A stretch of DNA of 64,000 nt, from the IMG/VR virus record IMGVR_UViG_3300035670_000053; one strand, given 5' to 3'. The position numbers and the translations under genes were made by a program. Below, in pieces: positions 10,006-20,173 of this stretch. Positions within the stretch are counted from its first letter, which is position 1; each line of letters starts with the position of its first letter. Source of the stretch: a virus. A model generated the notes under the pieces. The model had not been told where the DNA came from. It was given only the letters and a program-made list of their open reading frames with translations, and ran no database searches.

Positions 10006-10987
10006 TTAATACTTCCACATATGGATTTGGATTTTCTGCTAGTTTTAGTAATTCATGTTTCCCACAAAACTTTAAGAATCTAACACCAACCATTGATATA
10101 TTTTTATTAAGGCTAATCTCTTCATCGATTGTTTCAGAGATGATTTTTTTGATATTTTCTGGTTGATTTTTTAATCCACACAGTAGTAGGTTTCTTTCAT
10201 AATCTTTACCTACAGTATGTGTGACACCCTCGTGATCAATCCACGTTTGTAACATAAAGTTATTCCATGTAAAACCTTTTGTATGACGATCTTCGAATAC
10301 TTGAACTAATCCAGCTTTATTTTTTGAACCTTTTTCTCTCACACCGGGGTAAGCGGAAAACACATTATCGCTTTTGTCTCCACGAATGCATTTTTTAAAT
10401 AAAAGCCATTCTGGATTTGGTGGATCTTTAATTTTTTTTGTTTTTGAATCAATTACAGGTCTGTTTTTATCATCAAAATACCCATTAATTTTAATAGTGG
10501 TGTCAGATAGACCATTATATATGGTGACATTATTAGAAATTAATTGTGCAAAATCTTCATCTGATGAACAAATAACATGATTATCATCGGGGTGTTTTTC
10601 AATCCACCCACTGATTAAATCATCTGCTTCTAGTACAGAATTTTCAAGAGTGGTACAATTGGTATTTTCTGCAACATACTTCTTAAAAGATTCATATGTT
10701 TCCCAAAATAGATTTTCTTCTAACTCTTCATCGGGACTCATCTCTCCCTTATCTCTGTTTTGCTTATATTGTTTATAAATGTCTTTACGCCAACTTTTTC
10801 CTTCAAAGAAGAATACAACATGGGTTGCTTTGAACATTTTCCATGCTTTATTAATACTATAAAAAATAGAGTTTACACAAAGAGCCATCTTTTCTTCTAG
10901 TGGTGCTTTAATACCATATCTATTTCTATAGAAGATATTAGCAGTATCAACTAAAATAAAACATTTATTCATATTTGTCATCATCAA
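9989..10987 (-). CDS. rnh: T4-type RNase H / 5'-3' exonuclease (FEN/PIN-like fold)
   Basis: LVDTAN, FEGKSWRK, EADD, SSDED, GDKSDN acidic motifs. Confidence 0.85.
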   Translation of the reverse strand: MMMTNMNKCFILVDTANIFYRNRYGIKAPLEEKMALCVNSIFYSINKAWKMFKATHVVFFFEGKSWRKDIYKQYKQNRDKGEMSPDEELEENLFWETYESFKKYVAENTNCTTLENSVLEADDLISGWIEKHPDDNHVICSSDEDFAQLISNNVTIYNGLSDTTIKINGYFDDKNRPVIDSKTKKIKDPPNPEWLLFKKCIRGDKSDNVFSAYPGVREKGSKNKAGLVQVFEDRHTKGFTWNNFMLQTWIDHEGVTHTVGKDYERNLLLCGLKNQPENIKKIISETIDEEISLNKNISMVGVRFLKFCGKHELLKLAENPNPYVEVLNAKYN

Positions 10988-11300
10988 TTCTTAGTGCTTT
11001 GTTTAAAGATCCGCTGTTTCTATTGTTCATATTGATCCCCACTTCACTGCCAATGTTTTTACACATTTCAGTGAACCACTGATCAACTATATCCTCTTCA
11101 GATGGTCCATTATATCCATTTTTTCTTAATTCTAGAATAAAATATTCATTCCAATCAAGCTCAAAAAACCCATTTTTAATATTTTCTTTATTGATTTCTG
11201 TATTGATTACAGTGACCCACGGTTGTTTTAACTTTGTTGCTTCTTCTTTTGGGGATAATTTTTCAGCGGTATTCGATCTTTTAAAAAGGTTTTTGAACAT
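10965..11300 (-). CDS. Hypothetical protein
   Basis: 111 aa ORF; ELDWN...IVDQWF. Confidence 0.65.
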   Translation of the reverse strand: MFKNLFKRSNTAEKLSPKEEATKLKQPWVTVINTEINKENIKNGFFELDWNEYFILELRKNGYNGPSEEDIVDQWFTEMCKNIGSEVGINMNNRNSGSLNKALRIDDDKYE

Positions 11301-11304
11301 ACTT

Positions 11305-12282
11305 TTATGATAAAATGAAGTTGATTGATTTGGTTTGTTGTTTATCTATTAATTCATTGAAAATTTTAAATAAACTATCTTTTGTTTTTTCTAAACTATA
11401 AAAATTTTTTAAATAGTCTATATATTCTAAATCATCTGATGAAAAATTATCTATATTTTCTATTACAGATGGGATTTTATCAATGAAATCTATGTAATCC
11501 ATAAATTGGACTTTTGTAAATATTGATTCTTTAAAATATTCTGAACCAGCATATCCATCAAATCCTAATACCTTGCATCCACACAGTGCGGATTCTAATG
11601 GTGGTAATCCAAAACCCTCTGGACCACCAAAAGAAAAAAATAATTTTGATTTTCTGAATACTGTAGCAGTTTCTTCTTTTGGTAAGTTTTCTATTTTAAT
11701 TAATTGCCAATTTGGATATTTTCCTCGAAAATATACGTCAATAAATCTTGCAAAGTTGCCATTTTTATAGTTTAAATAGCATGCTATATTTTTTTTATTT
11801 TTTACATTTTCATTGTAATATAAATTGCTATCTACTCCAATACGAAAATTATATATCTTATCGTTTGGTAAATTAAATATCTTTTTCAAACCTGTAGTAG
11901 TATGTAGTGAATTACTTAAGATAGCAACAGCATTATCATACGTTTTCTTGTGTAACTCATATGGATTATATGAATAAAATGTTCCATGAATTCCCTGATT
12001 AATAATAATATAAGGAATTCCTAATGGTGCAAGTAAATCATTTGCAACCCAAATAAATTCTTCACATACTATTACTAGATCATCTTTGGTAAGATGATTT
12101 AAATCTAAAATTTCATAATCGTTTTCTACTAATTTTACTATTGATTGTTGTTCTTCTCTCCAATAAACATATACACAAACATTAAAATTAAGTTCACGTA
12201 ACAGTTTCATGTGAGATAACAGGACATTTACACCCCCAGAGTTGGGGTTAAAGTGACCCATTAAATTAAAAACAAGCCGCAT
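11305..12282 (-). CDS. Glycosyltransferase, GT-B/GT4-like
   Basis: N-terminal SGGV; C-terminal EGFGLPPLES...G matching the GT4 E-x7-E motif. Confidence 0.8.
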   Translation of the reverse strand: MRLVFNLMGHFNPNSGGVNVLLSHMKLLRELNFNVCVYVYWREEQQSIVKLVENDYEILDLNHLTKDDLVIVCEEFIWVANDLLAPLGIPYIIINQGIHGTFYSYNPYELHKKTYDNAVAILSNSLHTTTGLKKIFNLPNDKIYNFRIGVDSNLYYNENVKNKKNIACYLNYKNGNFARFIDVYFRGKYPNWQLIKIENLPKEETATVFRKSKLFFSFGGPEGFGLPPLESALCGCKVLGFDGYAGSEYFKESIFTKVQFMDYIDFIDKIPSVIENIDNFSSDDLEYIDYLKNFYSLEKTKDSLFKIFNELIDKQQTKSINFILS

Positions 12283-12462
12283 TTATCTATTCCTAAGTTC
12301 TTTTTCAAACTTTTTATATTGTTCTGACTTGTATAGATCTCGCTCATCGAACTTGAGCATATTGTCTCTACAATATTCTTTATAATTTTCAATGTCATCA
12401 AAAATTTTAGAAACTTCGGGCTTCATACGAAGATGCTTTTCAATGAATTTTGGCTGTGCCAT
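12283..12462 (-). CDS. Small hypothetical protein (59 aa, not in ORF track)
   Basis: Hand translation MAQPKFIEKHLRMKPEVSKIFDD...ELRNR*; fills the gap between the clamp and GT genes. Confidence 0.55.
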   Translation of the reverse strand: MAQPKFIEKHLRMKPEVSKIFDDIENYKEYCRDNMLKFDERDLYKSEQYKKFEKELRNR

Positions 12463-12551
12463 GTTTGAATATTTCCTTTAAATGTTGTTTAGAATTTTAA
12501 AAATTTCACCTTGCGTAGGTGATGCTATTTTAGCACTGCTTGTTATAGATG

Positions 12552-13283
12552 TCAAGCTCTCGCTGGCAATATATAATTATAAACTGCATGATTACTTGTT
12601 ACAGTGATCATCATTGCGCCTTCATTGGAAAATTTTATTTTTTTACTTCCTGGTAAGTTAAACAAAGATAAAGTTTGTGAAATTGGCCATGAAAATTTGT
12701 TTCTTAATTTTTTACTAACATTTTTTTCAAAAATGTATGAGCCGTAGTAAGAACCTTGATCACCAAAATTAAATATTAAATTTCCTGCTGTGGTTGTAAC
12801 ACTAAAATTCTTTTCTTGATTATTCAACGCTACTTGATATTTGAATTTTTGCATACTTGTATCGGATGGTTCAAAATCAATTTCCCAATATATTTGTTTT
12901 AATCTTATTGATTTTAATTTTTCATTAATTATTTCAGTATTCATTAATCTATAATGATTTTTAAAATCATTATTTTTATTATTAAATTCAATTGCTATTG
13001 GTAATTTTTGATCATCTTTGTCAGATTTGATAACTTTTATTATTGGATCGTCTTTATATTCTGGGCACTTAAGTAATGTATTTAATTTTTCTATATTACC
13101 CATTCCAAATGTATAGTTAAAATCTGGAATGGGTGAATTGGTAATTGCTTGTAATACTACACTTTTATCTTCCGCCATTGATTCAATAATAGTTTCATTA
13201 TTTTCATTGGTGTGAATTTTTAAGGCAGGAAATAAACCCATTAAATGCGTGTGCTGTACTATATCGTCTAATATTTGTTTCAT
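12552..13283 (-). CDS. DNA polymerase sliding clamp (gp45-like)
   Basis: 243 aa, directly downstream of polB; ends in ITV.S....YNYILPA typical of clamps. Confidence 0.6.
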   Translation of the reverse strand: MKQILDDIVQHTHLMGLFPALKIHTNENNETIIESMAEDKSVVLQAITNSPIPDFNYTFGMGNIEKLNTLLKCPEYKDDPIIKVIKSDKDDQKLPIAIEFNNKNNDFKNHYRLMNTEIINEKLKSIRLKQIYWEIDFEPSDTSMQKFKYQVALNNQEKNFSVTTTAGNLIFNFGDQGSYYGSYIFEKNVSKKLRNKFSWPISQTLSLFNLPGSKKIKFSNEGAMMITVTSNHAVYNYILPARA

Positions 13284-13286
13284 AAA

Positions 13287-15986
13287 TTATACAAATTCAA
13301 AAATGTTGCTAAATGTGTTATTTTCTTGTGTATTTTTTATCGACCAATTTAATATACCTATCAAATTGTCTAATTTTTTATCAATGATGGCTTCTTCCAT
13401 AGCTTCATGGTCAAATGGTAGTTTCTTAAACCACTCTGGTAATCTCAAATCATCTATAGGATATGCTACTGATGTGTATCCTAACTGATTATCTTTTATT
13501 TTGCAAACTATAATTTTTGAACCATCAGTAATATTTAATGAGTATCTATCATTGTTTAATTTTTTTAGGGTATTCCAATTTAAAGATGCTCTAACATGAC
13601 CAGGTAAATTTGCTTTTCCTAAGTCACTCTCTTTTTTTGCTAATGCAGTGATATTATTAACTCTTTTTGGAGTTCCTTTCTCCCAACCTGGTTTTTTTCT
13701 AAATTCTGCTCTGAAGCTTTTTATAAGTTCTACAATTTCATGCTCTTTACTGCCAGTAAGAATTTTTTTCAAAATTGAGCTTAAAAAATTCTGCATGTAA
13801 TCAGGAGTATCACTTCTTTTTAGATCTAGGCCCATTGCTTTAATTTTACCGGGAGAACCGTCAATATCATAACGTTTGCCATCTTTATCATAATAAAGAA
13901 CAGCGTATCTTTTTTTGGTTATGAACAGACCTTTTGATGCCACTATTTCCCGGCCAGCTTTAATAACTTCTCCTCTACTTGGTGGACAATGGAATTGATT
14001 TAACATAAAATCAGAAAATGAGGAATTTACATTATCTGCAACAGCATTATACAACTTAATTGCAATTTCACCATCCCATTCTATTTTTTTACTATTGATA
14101 TCATCTTTTAAAATTGGATATGCTGAAAAATAACAACTATCAGTGTCAGAATAAATTACTGATTTTCCAGTATGATCATAATCTCCACATATAATTTCAT
14201 TAATTTTTGAATTCATGTGTTTGACAATTTGTCTACCAGTAAGTGTAGTTGATTGACCAATTCTCTTATCATAAAAACGACATCCTGCATTAAGAATAGC
14301 TCCATATAATGAGTTCAAGTTAATTTTTTTTACTAATTGTCTTTTATCCCAATATTCCTCTTCTTGAGAGTTTCCATTCTCTTTTGAAATTTTAAGTTTA
14401 GCTTGTAGTTCCTTTCTTTCAACGTACCATTTTTTTAGAAGTCCCGGGATAACTCCTTCGTTCTCATAAGAAAATATAGTACCGTTGGCAGATAACATCC
14501 ACGGTTTGTTACTTTCAAATATTATTTGATATACTTCAGCAGCTGAAAATGTTTGACTTGATCCATTCTCCCAATTTATTTCAATTTCAGTTCCTATTTC
14601 TTTATTCATAACTGATTCATATTCAAAACTGCCAAATAATCCTTCCCATGCGGCGGCGAATTTTTTACCCTCTCTCATTTGAAATTTTATATATGCTTCA
14701 GTTTTTTCTTGATTTAGCTGACCAACAATAGTTTCAGGACCCATGTTTAATGCTCTAATAACACTTGGGTATAGACTATTAATATCAACAGAACCAATCC
14801 AATCATGTAATCCTTTTTTAGGATATGCTACATACGCTCCTGCGGCTTTATCTTCGATGTCATCTTCTTTATCTTCATCATCTACCTCTTGATCATTTGT
14901 TCTAATTCTTGATGGTACAATTAATCCTCTATAATGCGCTTCATTGATAATTGCTTGTTCAGTTACTGCTACTGCACCAAGTACCTTCGGTAACAATACT
15001 GTATTTTCATGAGCAATTGAATTAGCTAAGCTTAAAAATTTCAACTTTTTATCCAACTTGTTTAGAAGAGTTACGTCTTGTCTATTATATTCAATAAATT
15101 TTTTGAAATCGTTGTTATATAACTGATCCAAAGAACCTTCATATTCAGTCTTTCGTTCTCCCAATTCAAATTCAGCAATTGAATCTAGACTAAAACTAGG
15201 TCTTTCTTCATACGTATATTTTCTGTATAGTTCTAGACTATCTAGATGGACTCTACCAACTAACGTATAGGTAACCGCATGTTTTCCATACTTTTCATAT
15301 TCTTTTTTTACGGGATAATAATCCCATAAGCAAAATTTTCTAGTATAATCTTTACCTAGAGATTTAATAGTTCTATGTACTGTATAAGGGATATCAAAAC
15401 CTGTGCTATTCCATCCACTTAATACATCTACATCTTCGATTAACTGAAGAAAAGTATCAATAAGATCCCTTTCTTCTTCAAATATATAAGTATTTGGAAA
15501 ATCTTTGGTTAATTCAACTGCTTGTTCAAGTGTCAATGTTTTAGGTGGAATTGCCAATGTTATTAATGCATCTAAATGTTGCATATATAAAGATATTGCA
15601 TTTATTGGCATAAATGCATCTTCAGGTGATGCATAACCCCGATCTGGATCAAAGTCAACCTCAATGTCAAAAAAACATACATTAAGGTTTGGTGGTTCTT
15701 TACCTAAATAATTTTCTTCTAAACATCTTGAAATTGCAGATAGATCACTCTCGTATAGTTTATAATTATTTTTTATTCTTTCTTCTTTTTTGAAATCCTT
15801 ATAGGAAGTAGTTGATACTTTATCTAACTTTTTTCCAAAAATGGATCTATACTTACCTTTGTCATTTTCATAATAAAAACAGTATTTTGCTGGATAAGTA
15901 TTATAAACTCTTCCTTTTTTGGGATCTCTTTCTACTACATGGACTAAATCTTTTTGCTTATCCCAAATTGCATCAACATAACTCAT
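13287..15986 (-). CDS. Family B DNA polymerase (gp43-like)
   Basis: Exo I FDIEVD, GWN...FDIPY, DINSLYPS, KINLNSLYG, YSDTDS, KKRY. Confidence 0.97.
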   Translation of the reverse strand: MSYVDAIWDKQKDLVHVVERDPKKGRVYNTYPAKYCFYYENDKGKYRSIFGKKLDKVSTTSYKDFKKEERIKNNYKLYESDLSAISRCLEENYLGKEPPNLNVCFFDIEVDFDPDRGYASPEDAFMPINAISLYMQHLDALITLAIPPKTLTLEQAVELTKDFPNTYIFEEERDLIDTFLQLIEDVDVLSGWNSTGFDIPYTVHRTIKSLGKDYTRKFCLWDYYPVKKEYEKYGKHAVTYTLVGRVHLDSLELYRKYTYEERPSFSLDSIAEFELGERKTEYEGSLDQLYNNDFKKFIEYNRQDVTLLNKLDKKLKFLSLANSIAHENTVLLPKVLGAVAVTEQAIINEAHYRGLIVPSRIRTNDQEVDDEDKEDDIEDKAAGAYVAYPKKGLHDWIGSVDINSLYPSVIRALNMGPETIVGQLNQEKTEAYIKFQMREGKKFAAAWEGLFGSFEYESVMNKEIGTEIEINWENGSSQTFSAAEVYQIIFESNKPWMLSANGTIFSYENEGVIPGLLKKWYVERKELQAKLKISKENGNSQEEEYWDKRQLVKKINLNSLYGAILNAGCRFYDKRIGQSTTLTGRQIVKHMNSKINEIICGDYDHTGKSVIYSDTDSCYFSAYPILKDDINSKKIEWDGEIAIKLYNAVADNVNSSFSDFMLNQFHCPPSRGEVIKAGREIVASKGLFITKKRYAVLYYDKDGKRYDIDGSPGKIKAMGLDLKRSDTPDYMQNFLSSILKKILTGSKEHEIVELIKSFRAEFRKKPGWEKGTPKRVNNITALAKKESDLGKANLPGHVRASLNWNTLKKLNNDRYSLNITDGSKIIVCKIKDNQLGYTSVAYPIDDLRLPEWFKKLPFDHEAMEEAIIDKKLDNLIGILNWSIKNTQENNTFSNIFEFV

Positions 15987-15988
15987 AG

Positions 15989-16612
15989 TTAACAGTTTTC
16001 GTTTTCGACACCAATGACATATCCGTCGTTGTTTATAATTAATTTTCTTAAAATTTCATCGTGTGCAGTTGTGTGACCCGCTATTAAAGCATAATGAAGT
16101 TCAACTGGTAATCTATTTCGATAGAATCCAAAAGTTTTTTTATAAACTTGAATATTGAATCTAGCAATATCACTTAACGTGAAATTACTTTTATGCATTT
16201 CGTAATAAGAGTCAAACTCAACATCTTGTGGTAAGTTTGTTGGCCAGATAATAATTAAATGTTTACATTTATATGCAAGTGCATCAATTACATTCATAGC
16301 TTCGTTTAAAAACAAATGTTCTAATATATCACCCATGATACATAAATCATAATGATGTGTTCTATCTGTTTTAACAAAATCAATTATATCTTGATAAAAA
16401 ACATTTCTATATTTTGATTTTAAATCATAATCAGTAATATATTTTTCAACAGGTTCAACTGCATCACATACAATTTCAGAACTTACTGAATTAATTATAT
16501 TTTTATATTTACCTTGGCCTGGACCTACGTCTAATACAGTTTTTGGTTTTAATGCTGTTATATGGTCTATAACTTCTTTATTAAAAGCTGAAAGGGATGT
16601 AGGCATATTCAA
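15989..16612 (-). CDS. Class I SAM-dependent methyltransferase
   Basis: VLDVGPGQG motif I; DAVE; YDLCIMGDILEHL. Confidence 0.82.
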   Translation of the reverse strand: MNMPTSLSAFNKEVIDHITALKPKTVLDVGPGQGKYKNIINSVSSEIVCDAVEPVEKYITDYDLKSKYRNVFYQDIIDFVKTDRTHHYDLCIMGDILEHLFLNEAMNVIDALAYKCKHLIIIWPTNLPQDVEFDSYYEMHKSNFTLSDIARFNIQVYKKTFGFYRNRLPVELHYALIAGHTTAHDEILRKLIINNDGYVIGVENENC

Positions 16613-16881
16613 TCTTCTTTTCTAATATGCGCATGACCACTAATATCAACGATAGTCTCCAAATCATCAAATTCACGAAATACTTGATCCCATTGATCTT
16701 TCAATGCAATTCTTATCGCTTTTCTAATTATACTTGGTTTTACTTCCAGTTCTTCTGAAACTGCTTTAATTGTTTCATTTAGCCCTTCAGTTAAATCCTG
16801 AATTTCTCGCATGACAGTTACGCCTTCTGCGATTATTTGTTTGATTTTTGCTTGTTCTGGTGCGCCATATGCTTTGCTCAT
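16609..16881 (-). CDS. Small helical DNA-binding protein (T4 DsbA-like)
   Basis: Start moved to MSKAYG (GGAG RBS; TTGTAT-17-TATAAT promoter just upstream). IKAVSEELEVKPSIIRKAIR pattern. Confidence 0.55.
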   Translation of the reverse strand: MSKAYGAPEQAKIKQIIAEGVTVMREIQDLTEGLNETIKAVSEELEVKPSIIRKAIRIALKDQWDQVFREFDDLETIVDISGHAHIRKED

Positions 16882-16977
16882 AAAAACTCCTTTGCCAAAT
16901 ATTATACTACATGAGAAGCTATGATACAAGTACTCGTAGCTTCTCACATTATAAAAATGTTGATGAATTCTATTAAA

Positions 16978-18306
16978 TTATTTTTTTGGCAAGTCTTTAG
17001 ATAAATCCATTCCCGGAGGTATAGAAGCTAAAACTGATTCAATATCGTAACCAATACTTAGTACAAACTTTATAATATTTTTTGGATCTGCCGTCATTTC
17101 AGGTTGTTGCAAAGCTGTAGCTAACATTTGTTGTTTATCAGAATCTGATAAAGTATTATCGGGTTTATAATCTGCACCAGCTAATTTTTTAATAAAATTT
17201 AGATTCTTTTTATCAAGAGCTTCTTGATCAACTGTTTCATTTTCTTGTATATTAGTGTAGTTCATATTTTCTTTTTTAGCTCCCCAGTTTTTAGATCCTT
17301 TTTTCCTGCATTTAACTAATGCTCCACTATTTCCAGTAATTGTAATAATTCCACATCCATCAGTTTCTTGCATCATTACCCAAGTACCATTTTCTGTTTC
17401 TGGGCACCATACGTCAGTTTTATTTTCTTTAATAATCTTGAAGTTAGTTAAATTTTTATATCTTTTATTGCTTACATAATAACATGAATAAATCTCATGA
17501 TTATAATATTCTTTCCAAGTAACAGTTCCACCGTTTAAAAATGCAGCTAAAATAAAAGCATTACGATGTTCTACATCTTTTTGCTTAAAATTAAAAGATT
17601 GCTTGCCATAATTTCCACTATATTCCCAATCCAGATTACTTATACTGTTATTATTTTCAGTAAGACGTCTAGCTTTACATTGGTTTCCATCATAAACAAT
17701 TGCGCTAAATAACCAACTTTGACGTTGTTCTGGTGATATATCTAAAATATATTTTATCCAATTATCACCATATTTAAATATTTTATCTTTTCGTATCGAT
17801 TCCCCACCTTCATATGGTGCAGTAACTACTAAATGTTTTTTATGCTTGAAATCAATCATGTCAGTAGATTCTAATAATGCCATATTATTAGTTTTTTCAT
17901 ATTTTCCTATTTTAGAAGTTTTTTGTTCAGGAAATTTTATTACCCATTTATGATTCGGGGTACATTCAAAAACAAATCCAGTATTACCGCTTCTAATTAC
18001 ATTGGTTTCGGCATTTTTGTAACGATGCAAATTTGTTATTGGTTTAAATTCCATAACATCTTTTTGCATATTATAAGTTAAAATGTTATCGCCTATATTT
18101 AATTCGTCTACTTTTTTCCATCCTTCTTTAGTTAACGCTTTTGATGTTTCTTCTGGAACACAAGCATATGCGCTTGGCCACACTTTATATCTACTTTTTA
18201 CTTTATAATAACATGCATCCTTTTTTTCCATCATTACTGACTCTGAAAATAATGGACCGCCACATTCTGGGCATTTTCTGCTTTTTAAAGATTGATTATT
18301 TTTCAT
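16978..18306 (-). CDS. Small phage protein (KKDACYYKVKSRYKVWPSAYA/SGALVKCRKK module) interrupted by an intein
   Basis: See the intein feature; removing residues 49-326 restores a continuous short basic module. Confidence 0.8.
   Translation of the reverse strand: MKNNQSLKSRKCPECGGPLFSESVMMEKKDACYYKVKSRYKVWPSAYACVPEETSKALTKEGWKKVDELNIGDNILTYNMQKDVMEFKPITNLHRYKNAETNVIRSGNTGFVFECTPNHKWVIKFPEQKTSKIGKYEKTNNMALLESTDMIDFKHKKHLVVTAPYEGGESIRKDKIFKYGDNWIKYILDISPEQRQSWLFSAIVYDGNQCKARRLTENNNSISNLDWEYSGNYGKQSFNFKQKDVEHRNAFILAAFLNGGTVTWKEYYNHEIYSCYYVSNKRYKNLTNFKIIKENKTDVWCPETENGTWVMMQETDGCGIITITGNSGALVKCRKKGSKNWGAKKENMNYTNIQENETVDQEALDKKNLNFIKKLAGADYKPDNTLSDSDKQQMLATALQQPEMTADPKNIIKFVLSIGYDIESVLASIPPGMDLSKDLPKK
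17329..18162 (-). mobile_element. Intein, 278 aa, with degenerate LAGLIDADG-like middle
   Basis: Cys1 (CVPEETSKALTKEGWKKVDEL), block B TPNH, block F VWCPETENGTWV, terminal GN followed by Ser+1; WLFSAIVYDG resembles a LAGLIDADG helix. Confidence 0.85.
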
Positions 18307-18332
18307 ATTTGTTCCTTGGCAGGTGATGTATT

Positions 18333-19802
18333 TTAACTTGTTTTCTTTTTTGTTGCAACATTTATCGCAGAACCTTTGCGTTCTGGATTGGGATCTTCTC
18401 TTCTTTTTCTAGAAGCAGAACTTGCTCTGCCTTTTTTGCCTAAAGAATGTGCTTTACTTTGTGGTAAACACTTTGGTTTACCTTCACTACTTGATCCTCT
18501 TGCACAATCTCCTCGTATTTTACCATCTGGTCCAAAACGAACCCATTTTTCTTTAAACCATTTACGAAGATCTTCTTTTATTTCATTTTCTACTTTTTTT
18601 TTTAAAATTGAAGATGTATTTTCATCAAGACTTTGATTTACACTATTCATATAATCGGCAGATTTTGTTATTTTACTTTGCTGCCATGCCATTATACCTT
18701 CAGATTCTTTATATTTTTTTATTTTAGCTAATATTTTTTTGGCATCAGCCATTATACTTTTCAATTCACTTGAAGCCATACTTATTTCATGGTCTTGTTC
18801 TTTGTTCTCTCTCATAAATTTTTTAACTGGAAAAAATTTATGTATTTCAATATCTTTTAAATTTCTGTTTTTAAGTTCTTGTTTAACAGTATTAAAATCA
18901 TTTTTAGAAATATATAAAGTATTACCTATAAGTTTTATATCATTTGAATTTAATATTCCGTCACTAACTAATTGTTTAATAAATCTATTTCCTTGTATTG
19001 TAGTTGGTATAATTAAATTATTACCATCAGTTTTTGGTAACTCTTGAGTGGTGACATCATTATCAGTATCAGTAGTTGTGTCCGGTGATTTTTTATCTTT
19101 ACTACCGATATCAATCTGACTTTTTGGATGAGTCATTAAATAATGTAAACTATCTTCTTCATCATCTTTTTTCAGACCATTATCTATATTAGGTTTTCTG
19201 AATAGTTCTATATTTTTATTATCGTCTATAATTTCGGTTTCAATCGCATCTTTAATGTCTTCTAAAATATCACTTAAGTATGATGGTATATCTATAAAAA
19301 TTTTTGATTTCTCGCCAATTTCAAGTTCAGATAATACATTTTTAATTTTAAGAATGGAATCATCTGTATCTTTATAATCTATATTAACTGGACTAAAAAT
19401 AGAATCTTGACGTTTTATATCTTTAGGCTTATTACCAGGGCCACCAAACATTATTATTCTAGTTTCTTCATTTGGCATTTCGGATAGTCTGAATTTAATG
19501 AAAATTTTACTATTATCATCATCTAATTCAAAAATTTTTTTAGAATCTTTTTCGTTTTTTCTATCTGACCTAGTATGTTTCTGTGTTCCTCTACCGGGAG
19601 TAGACCCCATGCCAACTGGATTTCTAGGAGGTTTTGTTGGAACTTTTACAGTTTTTTTTAATTCTTGTACTCTGCGTTTAATCATTCCTAAATTAGACGC
19701 AACTGATCCCACATCACCAGAAGATGTGCCGCCAGCGGATGCTGTTTCAAGGATATATCTTGTTTCAGATTTTCCAGATACTTTTTTAAATTCTTTGTTC
19801 AT
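18333..19802 (-). CDS. Modular putative head-internal protein
   Basis: Low-complexity linkers joining ETASAGGTSSG, EQDHEISMA...WQQSKIT and EDLRKWFKEKWVRF modules. Confidence 0.6.
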   Translation of the reverse strand: MNKEFKKVSGKSETRYILETASAGGTSSGDVGSVASNLGMIKRRVQELKKTVKVPTKPPRNPVGMGSTPGRGTQKHTRSDRKNEKDSKKIFELDDDNSKIFIKFRLSEMPNEETRIIMFGGPGNKPKDIKRQDSIFSPVNIDYKDTDDSILKIKNVLSELEIGEKSKIFIDIPSYLSDILEDIKDAIETEIIDDNKNIELFRKPNIDNGLKKDDEEDSLHYLMTHPKSQIDIGSKDKKSPDTTTDTDNDVTTQELPKTDGNNLIIPTTIQGNRFIKQLVSDGILNSNDIKLIGNTLYISKNDFNTVKQELKNRNLKDIEIHKFFPVKKFMRENKEQDHEISMASSELKSIMADAKKILAKIKKYKESEGIMAWQQSKITKSADYMNSVNQSLDENTSSILKKKVENEIKEDLRKWFKEKWVRFGPDGKIRGDCARGSSSEGKPKCLPQSKAHSLGKKGRASSASRKRREDPNPERKGSAINVATKKKTS

Positions 19803-20167
19803 TTTTTACCCATCCAATTTGAAACGGGACTTACAGTGTTGGTGTTATCTAACTCTTCACTATTTAAATCACCGTGATTAATATCTTTCCATTTCGCTCC
19901 AACAGCTTTATATGCTTGTTTTAGCATTTCTTGTTCTTCTTCAGAATATGGAAAGGTCACTTTTTTCTTACCAAACCAGCTTTTTGAATCAATCTTTAAT
20001 GGATCTTTTCCATTGGCTCCTGCTACAGCTAGTCCCAATCTATATTCTGTGTAATCACCGCTGGCTCGTTCACCATCAGAATAAACATGTATTCCTCTAG
20101 AAGATTTTTGTTGGCGTTTTTTTATTTTACCAATCTTTTTTTCTGTGATGAATTCTTTTAATCTCAT
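19799..20167 (-). CDS. Putative head-internal protein
   Basis: N-terminus MRLKEFITE resembles a T4 capsid-targeting sequence. Confidence 0.55.
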   Translation of the reverse strand: MRLKEFITEKKIGKIKKRQQKSSRGIHVYSDGERASGDYTEYRLGLAVAGANGKDPLKIDSKSWFGKKKVTFPYSEEEQEMLKQAYKAVGAKWKDINHGDLNSEELDNTNTVSPVSNWMGKK

Positions 20168-20173
20168 AATATA

